DNA of 64,000 bases, taken from the IMG/VR virus record IMGVR_UViG_3300022885_000010; one strand, 5' to 3'. The position numbers were made by a program, and so were the translations under genes. The notes beneath the pieces are model-generated. The model did not search any database and was not told the DNA's origin. It saw nothing but the letters and a program-made list of their open reading frames with translations. The DNA is from a virus. Every line of letters starts with the position of its first letter. Within the stretch, counting starts at the first letter, position 1. Of this stretch, positions 1 through 10,752 are shown one piece after another.

Positions 1-1
1 C

Positions 2-178
2 TTATATTTAATGTCATTATGCAAACATAATATAATAGCAAATTCATCATTTTCTTGGTGGGGTGCTTGGGTGAATGGTAATATAGACAAAACAGTTGTA
101 GCTCCAAGTAAATGGTTTGGAGATAGTATAAACTTAGATTATAAAGATATAATTCCAAATGAATGGGTAAAAATATGA
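2..178 (+). CDS. C-terminal fragment of GT11 alpha-1,2-fucosyltransferase (5' truncated by window)
   Basis: Hand translation [38 protein letters not shown]; ANS[ST]FSWWGA is the GT11 motif; not in ORF track. Confidence 0.88.
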   Translation, partial: LYLMSLCKHNIIANSSFSWWGAWVNGNIDKTVVAPSKWFGDSINLDYKDIIPNEWVKI

Positions 179-765
179 AAATTTACGTTTCTGGTATATC
201 ACGTGGTATAGGACACGCAATTTACAATAGATTATTAAATGTATATGATGTTATTGGTGGGTCTAGTTCGGATGGACATAATATAGAAAGTAATTATGAT
301 GGAGTTATACAATATATAAATGATTGTGATGTATTCATTAATAATGCATATGCTCCTGAATATCAAACAAAGATGTTAATTGATATGTATGATTTATGGA
401 AATATGATAATAAGCACATTATCAATATAGGTAGTTGTGCTAGTGATATGAAACATGATAATCCAGATAGATTAAAAGAGTATCCACGTAATAAGATAAA
501 CCAAGATGATTTTATAAAAGATGTTAATATTGATTATTGTGTGAATGGATACAAAGATAAAGTTTTATGTAAAGTTACTAATATTAAACTTGGATATGTA
601 ATGACTGAGTTTCCATCTTTATATGATAAGCGATATTTTCCAACTATGGATGTAGATTACGTTTCTGATGTGGTTGAATGGATAATAAACCAACCAACTA
701 ATATTAATATAAGAGATATATCTATACATTCAACTAACACACCAATTTATAATGGGGTATTATGA
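175..765 (+). CDS. SDR-family NAD(P)-dependent oxidoreductase
   Basis: SGISRGIG Rossmann motif, FINNA, YxxxK (YPRNK); start 175 overlaps upstream stop (ATGA). Confidence 0.8.
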   Translation: MKIYVSGISRGIGHAIYNRLLNVYDVIGGSSSDGHNIESNYDGVIQYINDCDVFINNAYAPEYQTKMLIDMYDLWKYDNKHIINIGSCASDMKHDNPDRLKEYPRNKINQDDFIKDVNIDYCVNGYKDKVLCKVTNIKLGYVMTEFPSLYDKRYFPTMDVDYVSDVVEWIINQPTNINIRDISIHSTNTPIYNGVL

Positions 766-1517
766 TTAGAACAACAGATCCAACCAAGATAGATTTCAAG
801 TCTTTATTTGACTTAACAAATAAAGTTATTGTGATAACTGGTCATAATGGATTAATAGGTAAGGCATTTGTAGAAGCATGTGAACAATTTGGTGCTAATG
901 TAATTGGATTTGATCTTCCTGATAACGATGTTACTGATAAAAATAACATCGAGAAATTTACAAATGATGTAATTGATAAATATGGTCATATTGATGGTTT
1001 GGTTAATTGTCATTGGTCTAAACCACAGGGGTTCTTTGATATATTTGAAAACTACGATTCTGATGTGTGGGATGATGTAATGGATTGCAATTTAAAAGGT
1101 ACATTTTTAATGTGTAAAATAATTGGAACTCATATGAAAGAAACTGGTGGTAGTATAATTAATATAGCATCCACATATTCTGTAGTAGCTCCAAACCATA
1201 GTATATATGATGGTTTATCACAGCCACTAAAGACACCAGCATCATATTCGGCATCTAAGGGTGGTATAATGGCATTATCAAATTATCTATCAACATACTG
1301 GGCTAAAGATAATATAAGAGTTAATATGATAACACCACACGGAGTCTGGAATAACCATGAAACCACATTCGAGGATAACTTTTCACATTTATCTCCTATG
1401 GGGAGATTAAGTTATAACTATGAAGTTGCTGGTGCACTATTATATTTACTTTCTAATGCATCATCATACGTAACAGGTCACAATCTAGTTGTTGATGGGG
1501 GTTGGACTGCATGGTAA
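762..1517 (+). CDS. SDR oxidoreductase (PtmA-like, nonulosonic acid pathway-associated)
   Basis: TGHNGLIG, YSASK, NIRVN, YVTGHNLVVDGGW. Confidence 0.85.
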   Translation: MIRTTDPTKIDFKSLFDLTNKVIVITGHNGLIGKAFVEACEQFGANVIGFDLPDNDVTDKNNIEKFTNDVIDKYGHIDGLVNCHWSKPQGFFDIFENYDSDVWDDVMDCNLKGTFLMCKIIGTHMKETGGSIINIASTYSVVAPNHSIYDGLSQPLKTPASYSASKGGIMALSNYLSTYWAKDNIRVNMITPHGVWNNHETTFEDNFSHLSPMGRLSYNYEVAGALLYLLSNASSYVTGHNLVVDGGWTAW

Positions 1518-1804
1518 TATATGTTGATATAGATGAGACTATTTGTTTTTATGATGGAGTTCGAAATTATGAATTTGCGATACCAAACAAAGTTAATATT
1601 GATAAAATAAATAATTTATTTGATAGTGGTAACGAGATAGTTTATTGGACTGCAAGGGGTAGTGGTACAGGTATAGATTGGACAGAGTTAACTATATACC
1701 AGTTAAATGAATGGGGTTGTAAGTATAATAGGTTATCTAATGAATACAAACCAGTTTGGGATTTATTGGTAGATGATAAAACTAAAATAATAGAGGAAGT
1801 ATGA
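1511..1804 (+). CDS. Small HAD-superfamily phosphatase
   Basis: YVDIDET (DxDxT), WTARG, DLLVDDK. Confidence 0.8.
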   Translation: MVIYVDIDETICFYDGVRNYEFAIPNKVNIDKINNLFDSGNEIVYWTARGSGTGIDWTELTIYQLNEWGCKYNRLSNEYKPVWDLLVDDKTKIIEEV

Positions 1805-2661
1805 AAGTAAATAATAACAACCCAGTATATTTTATTGCTGAGATAGGTCAGAATCACCAAGGTGATATTAACATTGCAAAGCAAATGGTAGATTCACTTA
1901 AAGGATTACCTATATCATGTATTAAAACTGCAAAGCGAGATATAGATGTGTGTTTATCGGAAAAACAAAAAAATATGATTTATGATAATGCAAATTCATT
2001 TGGTATGACTTATTATGAACATAGAAATGCATTGGAATTATCAAAAGATGAATTTATAGAATTAAAAGATTATGTAGAGAATGCTGGTTTTGATTTTATC
2101 AGTAGCTACACAGATATTAATAGCTTAGATTTTTTATGTGATATTGGAATATCTGGATTAAAAATTGCATCACAGAGAATAACCGATATAGATTTAATTG
2201 ATGCTACGTCAAATACAGGATTACCAGTTATAATATCATCTGGTATGTCATCTATAGAAGATATTGATATGGTAGTTAATATATTAAAACATAACGAAAA
2301 ATATGTATTGCAATGTACAAGTACATATCCATGTCCAGATGACGAATTAAATTTAAATGTGATTCCTATGTTACGTGATAGGTATAAGGAAAGAATAGAT
2401 GGAGTTGGTTTTAGTGGTCATCACAGTGGAATAGCACCAGATATAGCTGCTTATATGTTAGGATCAAGAATAATAGAAAGGCATTATACTTTAAGTAGAA
2501 CAATGAAAGGAACTGATCACGCAGCATCATTAGAATACAAAGGAGTTGAGAATATTTTAAAATATATAAATCAAGTAAAAACATCACTTGGAACATCAGA
2601 AAAAAGAGTATTGGATTCTGAACAAATAGCTATCAAAAAATTAAGATCGGATTTACTATGA
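1801..2661 (+). CDS. neuB: N-acetylneuraminate/nonulosonate synthase (short form, no C-terminal SAF domain)
   Basis: FIAEIGQNHQGD, LQCTSTYP, GFSGH, IERHYTL, GTDHAASL. Confidence 0.92.
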   Translation: MKVNNNNPVYFIAEIGQNHQGDINIAKQMVDSLKGLPISCIKTAKRDIDVCLSEKQKNMIYDNANSFGMTYYEHRNALELSKDEFIELKDYVENAGFDFISSYTDINSLDFLCDIGISGLKIASQRITDIDLIDATSNTGLPVIISSGMSSIEDIDMVVNILKHNEKYVLQCTSTYPCPDDELNLNVIPMLRDRYKERIDGVGFSGHHSGIAPDIAAYMLGSRIIERHYTLSRTMKGTDHAASLEYKGVENILKYINQVKTSLGTSEKRVLDSEQIAIKKLRSDLL

Positions 2662-4160
2662 TAGGTATAAATTTATTTGATAATGCATTTAAACATCTTG
2701 CAATTGATAGTGGTATATACTCAATTACTGATAATAGAACTCCCAAGTTTATAAAGTATAATAGGGGTAATTATGAATGGGATTCAATTACTATATTTAC
2801 AGATTCATATATACTATCTGATGTAGTTGATAAAGTTGATAGTAAATATAAGGTTGCTTGGATTATAGAGAACAGAGAGACTAATGGTAATAGGGTATTT
2901 GATAATATAGAATCGATTATAGATAAATTTGATTTTATAATTACATATGATGATGAATTACTAAATCAATACCCAGATAATACTGAATTTTATCCGTTTG
3001 GTGGGTGTTGGGTATTAGATGATAATTATGGTATATATGATAAGAGTAAATTAGTTTCTATGATATACTCACATAAAACAATGACAACTGGTCATAAATT
3101 AAGACATCAAATAGCTAATCACATAACTGACATGGTTGATTGTTACGGATCTGGGTGTGGTGTGGATTTTGAATATAAAGAAGAGATTTTAGCACCTTAT
3201 AAATTTTCTATAGTCATTGAAAATACGAAAAGTGATTATTATTTCACAGAGAAATTACTGGATTGTATGGCTGTTGGGACTATTCCTATATATTGGGGTG
3301 CAAATAAAATAGATAAGTTCTTTAATGTTGATGGTATATTAACATTTAATATTATTGATGAATTAGATGATATATTATCAATGTTAAGTGATGATTTGTA
3401 TAATGATATGTTACCACATGCAATTGATAATTTAGAAAGCGTTAAATTGTATGATACACAGGAAGATTGGATATTTGAGAATGTATTTTTAAAGCGAGGG
3501 ATGATTGATAATAATATCAATATTGATATTAACACCAACGACATCAGGACTTATGTTGATGGCAATCTGCAATCAGAATGGTTAAAATTATTTTTCGAGT
3601 CTGGTGGTGATAATATGTTATATGATATAGATAATATAACTGATAAATCTATAATTTTTGATGTTGGTTCTTATGATGGGGAATATTCATATGAAATGAA
3701 TAAGATATATAATTGTAAAACTTATGGTTTCGAGCCAGTTAGCGATTTATATTCAAAGTCAAATGCTAAATCCAATGAAAATATCAAATTCTTTAATTTT
3801 GCATTAGGATCTACAACTAAAAATATAGATATGGTGGTGTCAGATAACAAATCATCTGTGTTTTTGGGAACAGGTGAATTAGAAACTGTATCTCAAATGA
3901 ATATTATAGATGTTATTGATGATTTACACCTTAACCATATAGACTTAATAAAATTAAATATTGAAGGTGGTGAATATGATATTTTGAATAGTTTAATATC
4001 AAATGATAAATTGTCAATGTTTGGTAATGTATTGATACAATTCCATTATTACGGTGATAATCCTGTATATAAACGACATAAGATAATATCAGAATTATCT
4101 AAAACTCACGATGTTGTATTTTCATATCCATTTGTATGGGAATTATGGAGGCTTAAATGA
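2658..4160 (+). CDS. GT10 (alpha-1,3-fucosyltransferase-like) domain fused to FkbM-family methyltransferase
   Basis: YKFSIVIEN..YFTEKLLDC..GTIPIYWGA; C-terminal FDVGSYDG, FEPV, DLIKLNIEGGEY. Confidence 0.8.
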   Translation: MIGINLFDNAFKHLAIDSGIYSITDNRTPKFIKYNRGNYEWDSITIFTDSYILSDVVDKVDSKYKVAWIIENRETNGNRVFDNIESIIDKFDFIITYDDELLNQYPDNTEFYPFGGCWVLDDNYGIYDKSKLVSMIYSHKTMTTGHKLRHQIANHITDMVDCYGSGCGVDFEYKEEILAPYKFSIVIENTKSDYYFTEKLLDCMAVGTIPIYWGANKIDKFFNVDGILTFNIIDELDDILSMLSDDLYNDMLPHAIDNLESVKLYDTQEDWIFENVFLKRGMIDNNINIDINTNDIRTYVDGNLQSEWLKLFFESGGDNMLYDIDNITDKSIIFDVGSYDGEYSYEMNKIYNCKTYGFEPVSDLYSKSNAKSNENIKFFNFALGSTTKNIDMVVSDNKSSVFLGTGELETVSQMNIIDVIDDLHLNHIDLIKLNIEGGEYDILNSLISNDKLSMFGNVLIQFHYYGDNPVYKRHKIISELSKTHDVVFSYPFVWELWRLK

Positions 4161-4906
4161 TATTAAGTTCATATGAAGATATGTACAGGGGTAAAACTAT
4201 AGTTATCGTTGGGTGTGGTTATAGTATAAATAACCTAAGTGAATATGATATGAGTTTAATAAATGCATGTTGTTCTATAGGAACAAATCAATCATACATC
4301 AAAATCAAATCGAATTACTACATGTCTGGTCATTTCCACCACACAGCAATGCAACATAAATTTGGAAATGGTGATATGTGTTTTTTTCAGGGAGAACCAC
4401 ATAACTTTTTTGATAGTGATGAGTATAGTGATGTAACTACATTAACTAATATAAATGTAGTTGGTGATTATGGATGGCTACCAAAGATAACAGATAGTAA
4501 TTTTAAGTTGGTTGGTGCAGAACAGATAGCATTTTCAGCAACTCATATGGCATATATACTTGGAGCCAAACGAATAGTTTATGTAGGCTTTGATTTCTCA
4601 GCACAAGGACACTTTTATAACAATAATGATGTATTATTGGATATACTAAAGGAGAATTCCAAATATCTTATGGATAATTATTATGGTATAAATTCATTTA
4701 TAAATGAAGATATAGATGATTTCTTTAGATTGAATTTTGATGCTAATATAAACATTAATAAATTTAGAAATTCAACTGATATTATTAATAAATTTAAGTA
4801 TTATATAGATACATTGAAACGTAATGATATTGAGGTTTATTCTATCCATGATAATGTATTGATTGATATTGGTGCAACAAAAATAAATATAGAGGATATA
4901 ATATGA
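4157..4906 (+). CDS. DUF115/Maf-like (MptE-fold) sugar transferase-like protein
   Basis: IVIVGCGYS, IGTN, AYILGAKRIVYVGFDF. Confidence 0.65.
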   Translation: MILSSYEDMYRGKTIVIVGCGYSINNLSEYDMSLINACCSIGTNQSYIKIKSNYYMSGHFHHTAMQHKFGNGDMCFFQGEPHNFFDSDEYSDVTTLTNINVVGDYGWLPKITDSNFKLVGAEQIAFSATHMAYILGAKRIVYVGFDFSAQGHFYNNNDVLLDILKENSKYLMDNYYGINSFINEDIDDFFRLNFDANININKFRNSTDIINKFKYYIDTLKRNDIEVYSIHDNVLIDIGATKINIEDII

Positions 4907-5484
4907 ATATAATTGGTATTATACCTGCACGTGGTGGTTCTAAGAGATTAAAAAATAAAAACATATTACCTATAATGGGTAAGCCACTAATCAATTGGAC
5001 TATAGATGCTGCATTAAATAGTAAATATATATCACATAATAATTTATATGTATCTACGGAATCGGATGATATTATGACTGTAGTTGGTGATAAATGTAAG
5101 ATTGTTAGGCGACCTATAGAATTATCTAATGATGATGTTTGGATGCAAGTTCCAATAACACATGCAATAGAACATATTGGTGTTGATTTGGATGATGAGG
5201 ATATTATTGTTATATTACAAGCAAATTCACCACAGATGACTTCCGATACAATAGATGAATGTATAGAACGTCTATTATATAATGATGCTATTTGGGAATT
5301 ATCAACTATGGATAACGATTATATTAATAATAGCCATATACATGTAATTCGAAAAAAAGTATGTTATCATATTGGAAAATCAAATTATAATACATTGTAT
5401 GTTGTTGATTGGATAGATATTCATGATGAAACTGAGTTTGAATATGTTAAATTGTTATTAGAGGGGAATTATAACTATGATTAA
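4903..5484 (+). CDS. neuA: Acylneuraminate cytidylyltransferase (CMP-nonulosonate synthetase)
   Basis: IIPARGGSKRLKNKN, VSTES, RPIELS, IDIHDETEF. Confidence 0.9.
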   Translation: MNIIGIIPARGGSKRLKNKNILPIMGKPLINWTIDAALNSKYISHNNLYVSTESDDIMTVVGDKCKIVRRPIELSNDDVWMQVPITHAIEHIGVDLDDEDIIVILQANSPQMTSDTIDECIERLLYNDAIWELSTMDNDYINNSHIHVIRKKVCYHIGKSNYNTLYVVDWIDIHDETEFEYVKLLLEGNYNYD

Positions 5485-5914
5485 AATATACTCACGTATA
5501 GACGATACTATATTATTACATATAGTTGATTATTTAGAAATGCATATAAATTCAGATTATAACAGGATTGATATTTGTCCAGAATCTGAATTTATACAAT
5601 GTGCATTCTTAAAGCCAGATAAAGATGTAAAATATAGACCACATCAACATATATGGAAGGATGGGGAACCGAGTGTAATAGCACAAGAATCTTGGTGTGT
5701 AGTTAGAGGTAAAGTTAAATCGTACTTTTATGATACAGATGGTTCATTAATAGATACCTATGTTATTGGTGAGGGTGATGCAACATTTACATTTCAAGGT
5801 GGACATACATATGAGATACTGACGGATGATACTCTAATTAGAGAATATAAAACTGGTCCATATACTGGTGTTGATAATGATAAAGTATTTATACAGGATA
5901 ATATAAATGATTAA
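5477..5914 (+). CDS. WbuC-like cupin protein
   Basis: PHQH, QESWCVVRG, GGHTYE, EYKTGPY; glycan operon context. Confidence 0.7.
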   Translation: MIKIYSRIDDTILLHIVDYLEMHINSDYNRIDICPESEFIQCAFLKPDKDVKYRPHQHIWKDGEPSVIAQESWCVVRGKVKSYFYDTDGSLIDTYVIGEGDATFTFQGGHTYEILTDDTLIREYKTGPYTGVDNDKVFIQDNIND

Positions 5915-6449
5915 TATAAATATGGGTTGTGGGTGGAGAGATTTTGGTGATGATTGGATTCATATTGATGGTGGTGATTATTCACATTTGGATTATAATG
6001 ATATAACTAAACTAGAATTCATAGATAATAGTGTTGATTTGATATATGCATCACACGTTATAGAATATTTTGATAGGACATCAATTATTAACATTCTATC
6101 TGAGTGGAAACGTGTATTGAAACCCAATGGTATATTGAGAATTGCAGTTCCAGACTTTAACTCTATATGTAGGTTATATATGACTGGTGATTATAAACTT
6201 GATTCATTTACAGGCCCTTTATATGGCAGAATGGATATGGGTGATGATATTATATACCACAAAACAACTTATGATTATGATTCACTACAGGAATTATTAT
6301 CTAATAATGGATTTACTAATATTGATTATTGGGATTGGCGTGATACTGATCATGGGGTTTATGATGATCATTCACAGGCATACATACCTAAGATGGATAA
6401 ATCGAATGGAACATTGATAAGTTTAAATATTGAATGTAATAAAATATAA
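5907..6449 (+). CDS. Class I SAM-dependent methyltransferase
   Basis: NMGCG, DLIYASHVIEY, WKRVLKPNGILRIAVPD. Confidence 0.85.
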   Translation: MININMGCGWRDFGDDWIHIDGGDYSHLDYNDITKLEFIDNSVDLIYASHVIEYFDRTSIINILSEWKRVLKPNGILRIAVPDFNSICRLYMTGDYKLDSFTGPLYGRMDMGDDIIYHKTTYDYDSLQELLSNNGFTNIDYWDWRDTDHGVYDDHSQAYIPKMDKSNGTLISLNIECNKI

Positions 6450-6460
6450 GTTGGGGTTAT

Positions 6461-7051
6461 ATGTTTGAAATAGTTAGTGAGTTTGAAAATGAAATTGCTA
6501 AATTCTTTGGATCTAAGTATGCAATAGCAACTGATTCGTGTACTCATGGTATTGAGTTATGTATGAGATATAAAAATATATCAATATTTAGTGTTCCAAA
6601 ACGAACATATCTATCAGTTCCAATGCTAGGGAACAAATTAGGTATTCCATTTGAATGGAGAGATGAATCATGGGAAGATTATTATTATATGGGTGATAAT
6701 AACATAATAGATTCTGCTGTATTATGGAAACCAAATTCATATATAGATGGAACTTATATGTGTATAAGTTTCCAATATCAAAAACACCTTAGTCTTGGTA
6801 GAGGTGGAATTATATTAACTAATGACTTCGAATCTTACAATACATTAAAGAAAATGTCTTATGATGGTAGATTACCAAATGTACCATGGAGAGAACAGAA
6901 TATTGATGTGTTTGGTTATCACTATTATATGACACCAGAAACAGCTAAATTGGGATTAGAAAAATTAAATGATGCTAAAAATACTGAACCACGTAAATGG
7001 GTGTATACTGATTGGGTGGATTTAACAACAATGGAGATTTTTAATGATTAA
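6461..7051 (+). CDS. Short DegT/DnrJ/EryC1-family sugar aminotransferase
   Basis: AIATDSCTHG, SFQYQKHL (PLP Lys), GRGGIILT. Confidence 0.8.
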   Translation: MFEIVSEFENEIAKFFGSKYAIATDSCTHGIELCMRYKNISIFSVPKRTYLSVPMLGNKLGIPFEWRDESWEDYYYMGDNNIIDSAVLWKPNSYIDGTYMCISFQYQKHLSLGRGGIILTNDFESYNTLKKMSYDGRLPNVPWREQNIDVFGYHYYMTPETAKLGLEKLNDAKNTEPRKWVYTDWVDLTTMEIFND

Positions 7052-8015
7052 GAAAAAAGCGTTTATAACAGGTATATCAGGACAGGATGGGTCATATCTG
7101 TCAGAGCATTTATTAGATAATGGGGTTGATGTTTATGGTATAACAAGACGAAATTCAACACCAGAACATCAAATTAATAGAATAGATCATTTAGATGGTG
7201 ATATAGAGGTTTCTTATGGTGATTTAAGTGATGTTAATGGATTGAATCGATTAATAAAAACTATACAACCAGATTATATTTTTAATTTGGCTGCACAATC
7301 ACATGTAAGAATAAGTTTTGATGTTCCTGAATACACAGCTCAAACAAATGCACTTGGAGTATTAAATATATTGGAAGCATATAGAACTAATGCACCTAAT
7401 GCTAAATTCTACCAAGCTAGTAGTTCTGAGATGTTTGGTAATGCAGTAGATGATGATATGATGCAAAGAGAAACTACACATATGCAACCAGTTAGTCCTT
7501 ATGGATGTGCTAAGTTATATGCATACTCAATAGTTAGAAATTATAGAAATTCATATAAGTTATTTGCGTCAAATGGAATTTTATTTAATCATGAATCACC
7601 ACGTAGAGGTTCAAACTTTGTAACTAACAAGATAATAAAGTCAGCAGTATCTATAAAAAAAGGACTACAGGATAAACTCGAATTAGGCAACTTAGATTCT
7701 AAACGTGACTGGGGTCATTCTTATGATTATGTTAGAGCTATGAAATTAATATTAGATCATGATGTGCCAGATGATTTTGTAGTTTCAACTGGAATAGCAC
7801 ACTCAGTAAGAGATCTATGTGAATTAGCATTTAACCGTGTTGGATTGGATTATAGAGATTATGTGGTTCAGAATGAAAAATATATTAGACCAGAAGAATT
7901 AAATTATTTATGTGGTGATTGCAGTAAAGCAAAGAAAACATTAAATTGGAATACAACATATACATTTGAATCTATGGTTAATGAAATGGTTGATTATTGG
8001 GATAACAAGGTATAA
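7044..8015 (+). CDS. gmd: GDP-mannose 4,6-dehydratase
   Basis: ITGISGQDGSYL, NLAAQSHV, YQASSSEMFG, SPYGCAK, GILFNHESPRRG, RDWGH. Confidence 0.96.
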   Translation: MIKKKAFITGISGQDGSYLSEHLLDNGVDVYGITRRNSTPEHQINRIDHLDGDIEVSYGDLSDVNGLNRLIKTIQPDYIFNLAAQSHVRISFDVPEYTAQTNALGVLNILEAYRTNAPNAKFYQASSSEMFGNAVDDDMMQRETTHMQPVSPYGCAKLYAYSIVRNYRNSYKLFASNGILFNHESPRRGSNFVTNKIIKSAVSIKKGLQDKLELGNLDSKRDWGHSYDYVRAMKLILDHDVPDDFVVSTGIAHSVRDLCELAFNRVGLDYRDYVVQNEKYIRPEELNYLCGDCSKAKKTLNWNTTYTFESMVNEMVDYWDNKV

Positions 8016-8017
8016 TT

Positions 8018-8956
8018 ATGAATATTGCTATAATAAGCGAAAAATCTTATATTGGGAAAATAGATAGAACATCACATAATATACGAACTGATGTTGCTTG
8101 GTCTATAGCTATAAAGACTGATAATTTTCCATTCTTTTATAAAACAGATATTATATATGATATAGTTATATGTATATTCCCTAAGAATGGTATAGAAACT
8201 ATACTTGGTAGAGATGTAATTTCATATCTACGGTCTATATCAAAGAAAATATTATTTATGCAAGAAGGAGCTAATGATTATTGGCAAGATTATAATTTAG
8301 CAATCCAGATAGAATATATTAATGTTATAAATCAATTTGATGGTATATTATGTCATAATGAAAGTGATGTTAGGTATTACAAAGGATTGTATGATACACC
8401 AGCATTTACATTGCAATCATTGATGATAGAGGATAATATATTATTAACACGACCTATAGAACGGTCTGGTGTGATGATAGGTGGTAATATGTGTTCTTGG
8501 TATAGTGGTATGGATTCTTTATTGGTAGCTAATAATATATCAACTAACATAACTGCACCATCAATGGGTAGAAAAACACCAGATGAAGATAGATTTGATA
8601 GTGTTAAATATCTTCCTTATATGGAATTCAATCAATGGATATATGAACTCAATAAAGTTAAATATGGAGTTCATATGATGAGAACATTTGCAGCTGGAAC
8701 GTTTGCATTAAATTGTTCATATTTAGGGATTCCATGTATAGGGTATGATTATTTAGATACACAGAGAATATTACACCCAGAAACATCAGTTGAATTATGT
8801 GATATACAATCAGCAAAAGAATTAGCGATTAGATTAAGAGATGATGATGATTTTTATAATGAATGTTCTACAACAACGAAAGAGTTGTATAATAAGTATT
8901 ATAAAGAGAGTGTATTTTTAGAAAAATTTAATAATGTAATTAAGGAATTGGGTTAA
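8018..8956 (+). CDS. Putative glycosyltransferase
   Basis: GT-B-like C-terminal half (LGIPCIGY); operon context. Confidence 0.55.
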   Translation: MNIAIISEKSYIGKIDRTSHNIRTDVAWSIAIKTDNFPFFYKTDIIYDIVICIFPKNGIETILGRDVISYLRSISKKILFMQEGANDYWQDYNLAIQIEYINVINQFDGILCHNESDVRYYKGLYDTPAFTLQSLMIEDNILLTRPIERSGVMIGGNMCSWYSGMDSLLVANNISTNITAPSMGRKTPDEDRFDSVKYLPYMEFNQWIYELNKVKYGVHMMRTFAAGTFALNCSYLGIPCIGYDYLDTQRILHPETSVELCDIQSAKELAIRLRDDDDFYNECSTTTKELYNKYYKESVFLEKFNNVIKELG

Positions 8957-10146
8957 TGGAAATTTCGTTTATACAACCAAGCCGAAATAATTTAAAATAT
9001 TTAAAATGGTCATATGAATCAATTAGAAAAAATCAAGGTAAGCATATCGTAGAAATATGTGTTGCTGACGATAATTCTAATGATGGTACTTGGGAATGGT
9101 GTCAACAGATAATGTCTAATGATCCCAATTTCAAAGCTATACGTAATGAGTCTGGTGATAGAATTGGACATACCATTTTATATGATACACTGGTAAATGA
9201 TGTATCAACTAATGATATAGCCATTATATTTCATGCTGATATGTATTTAGCACCTAAAGCATTGGATGCTATTGAGAAACATATAAAAAAAGGTACTATT
9301 GTATCATTAACACGGATTGAACCACCATTACATCCAGATGGAGTAGAAAAGGTATTAAATGGATTTGGTATCGAAACTGAAGAGTTTGATGAAAAATCAT
9401 TTTTAAAATTCAACACTAAACTAATTAAAGAATATAAAGGTAAGGTCACAGAGGGTATATTTGCTCCGTGGGCGTTTTACAAGGAAGATTTTCAGAATAT
9501 AAATGGCCATGACCCATTATATAAGCCTCAGAGTAAAGAGGATTCGGATATTTTCGATAGATTCCAATTAAACGGTGTTAAGTTTATACAAACTTGGGAT
9601 GGATACGTGTATCACATGACATGTAGGGGTAGTAGATTTAATCCAACTATAACAAATGTTGGAACCGAAAGTGATGAATGGCTAAAGCAAAATCAAAAAT
9701 CAACTAGGAATTTCATTCGTAAGTGGAGTAGAATGGTAACTCATGACGAATATATGAAACCTATAATATATCCACGTTATAGAAAGTTATTGAATATTAA
9801 CAATCTGAATTTAATGAATGATACACAAATACAAGATTATTTACATTTATTGGAACCTTGGTTTGATTATATAAATGTAGATAATAACATAGTTAATGAG
9901 TATATAAACAAACGTCAATTAGAAACAGATTTTGATCTAAATGCTAAGTTTAACACGACAGAAACATCAGATATTAATATAACTATAGACGTAGGAACAT
10001 TCACAAAAGAAGATTATAGTTATATAACTATGTTAAGTGCAATAATACAAGATTCTGGTGTTATAGGTGAATCTATAATTGGCAATCTAAAATTAGATAT
10101 AAAGTCTATGACTGATTATAACAAAGAACTAATAATAAGGAAGTAA
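8956..10146 (+). CDS. GT2-family glycosyltransferase
   Basis: VADDNSNDGT, FHADMY (DxD-like), EDSD. Confidence 0.85.
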   Translation: MEISFIQPSRNNLKYLKWSYESIRKNQGKHIVEICVADDNSNDGTWEWCQQIMSNDPNFKAIRNESGDRIGHTILYDTLVNDVSTNDIAIIFHADMYLAPKALDAIEKHIKKGTIVSLTRIEPPLHPDGVEKVLNGFGIETEEFDEKSFLKFNTKLIKEYKGKVTEGIFAPWAFYKEDFQNINGHDPLYKPQSKEDSDIFDRFQLNGVKFIQTWDGYVYHMTCRGSRFNPTITNVGTESDEWLKQNQKSTRNFIRKWSRMVTHDEYMKPIIYPRYRKLLNINNLNLMNDTQIQDYLHLLEPWFDYINVDNNIVNEYINKRQLETDFDLNAKFNTTETSDINITIDVGTFTKEDYSYITMLSAIIQDSGVIGESIIGNLKLDIKSMTDYNKELIIRK

Positions 10147-10331
10147 TGACGTTAACTGAACTAAAACAATGGCTAAATGACTTACCAGATAACTATTATG
10201 ATACTTATGATGTAGTATCATCGGAAATTAATAATGATAATTCAAGAGAAGATAAAAATATATCAAGACTTAATATAGATGAAGAAACCAACCAAATAAT
10301 ATTATTTACAAAACTAAATGGTGATATATGA
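10146..10331 (+). CDS. hypothetical protein
   Basis: ORF track, coupled to upstream stop. Confidence 0.6.
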   Translation: MTLTELKQWLNDLPDNYYDTYDVVSSEINNDNSREDKNISRLNIDEETNQIILFTKLNGDI

Positions 10332-10708
10332 TAAGCGTAGAATATGAATCAAATAACGAAAAAGTAAAATTCAAATTACAATCAGATTACAACTTAAATA
10401 GTATAATCGCATTCTGTCAAGAACATAACTTTGATATGAGTAATGTAATTATATGTTCTGGTGTTAATGAAGCACTTCAAGATGCAGTAGTAGATTCAAT
10501 GCGTAGTGGTGTAATCACTGATAACCCAGAAGATCTAAGGTTACTTGGGATATGGCCATATAAAGATACTATATATGATCCAAAAACATATGATATTTGT
10601 GGTTATGTAACTAAAGATGGTTATATAGTATCAATCAATTCTAGTGGTACAACAGTGAACACGAATGATGGTAATGTAACATTTTACCCACGTAACACTC
10701 CTATCTAA
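10328..10708 (+). CDS. hypothetical protein
   Basis: ORF track, ATGA overlap. Confidence 0.6.
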   Translation: MISVEYESNNEKVKFKLQSDYNLNSIIAFCQEHNFDMSNVIICSGVNEALQDAVVDSMRSGVITDNPEDLRLLGIWPYKDTIYDPKTYDICGYVTKDGYIVSINSSGTTVNTNDGNVTFYPRNTPI

Positions 10709-10747
10709 AATAAAATTTGTTTATATCGATTTATTTTCGTAAATTTG
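10707..10747 (+). promoter_or_regulatory. Bacteroidota-type promoter copy 1
   Basis: AAAATAAAA-TTTG-N20-TAAATTTG. Confidence 0.85.
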
Positions 10748-10752
10748 TAATT

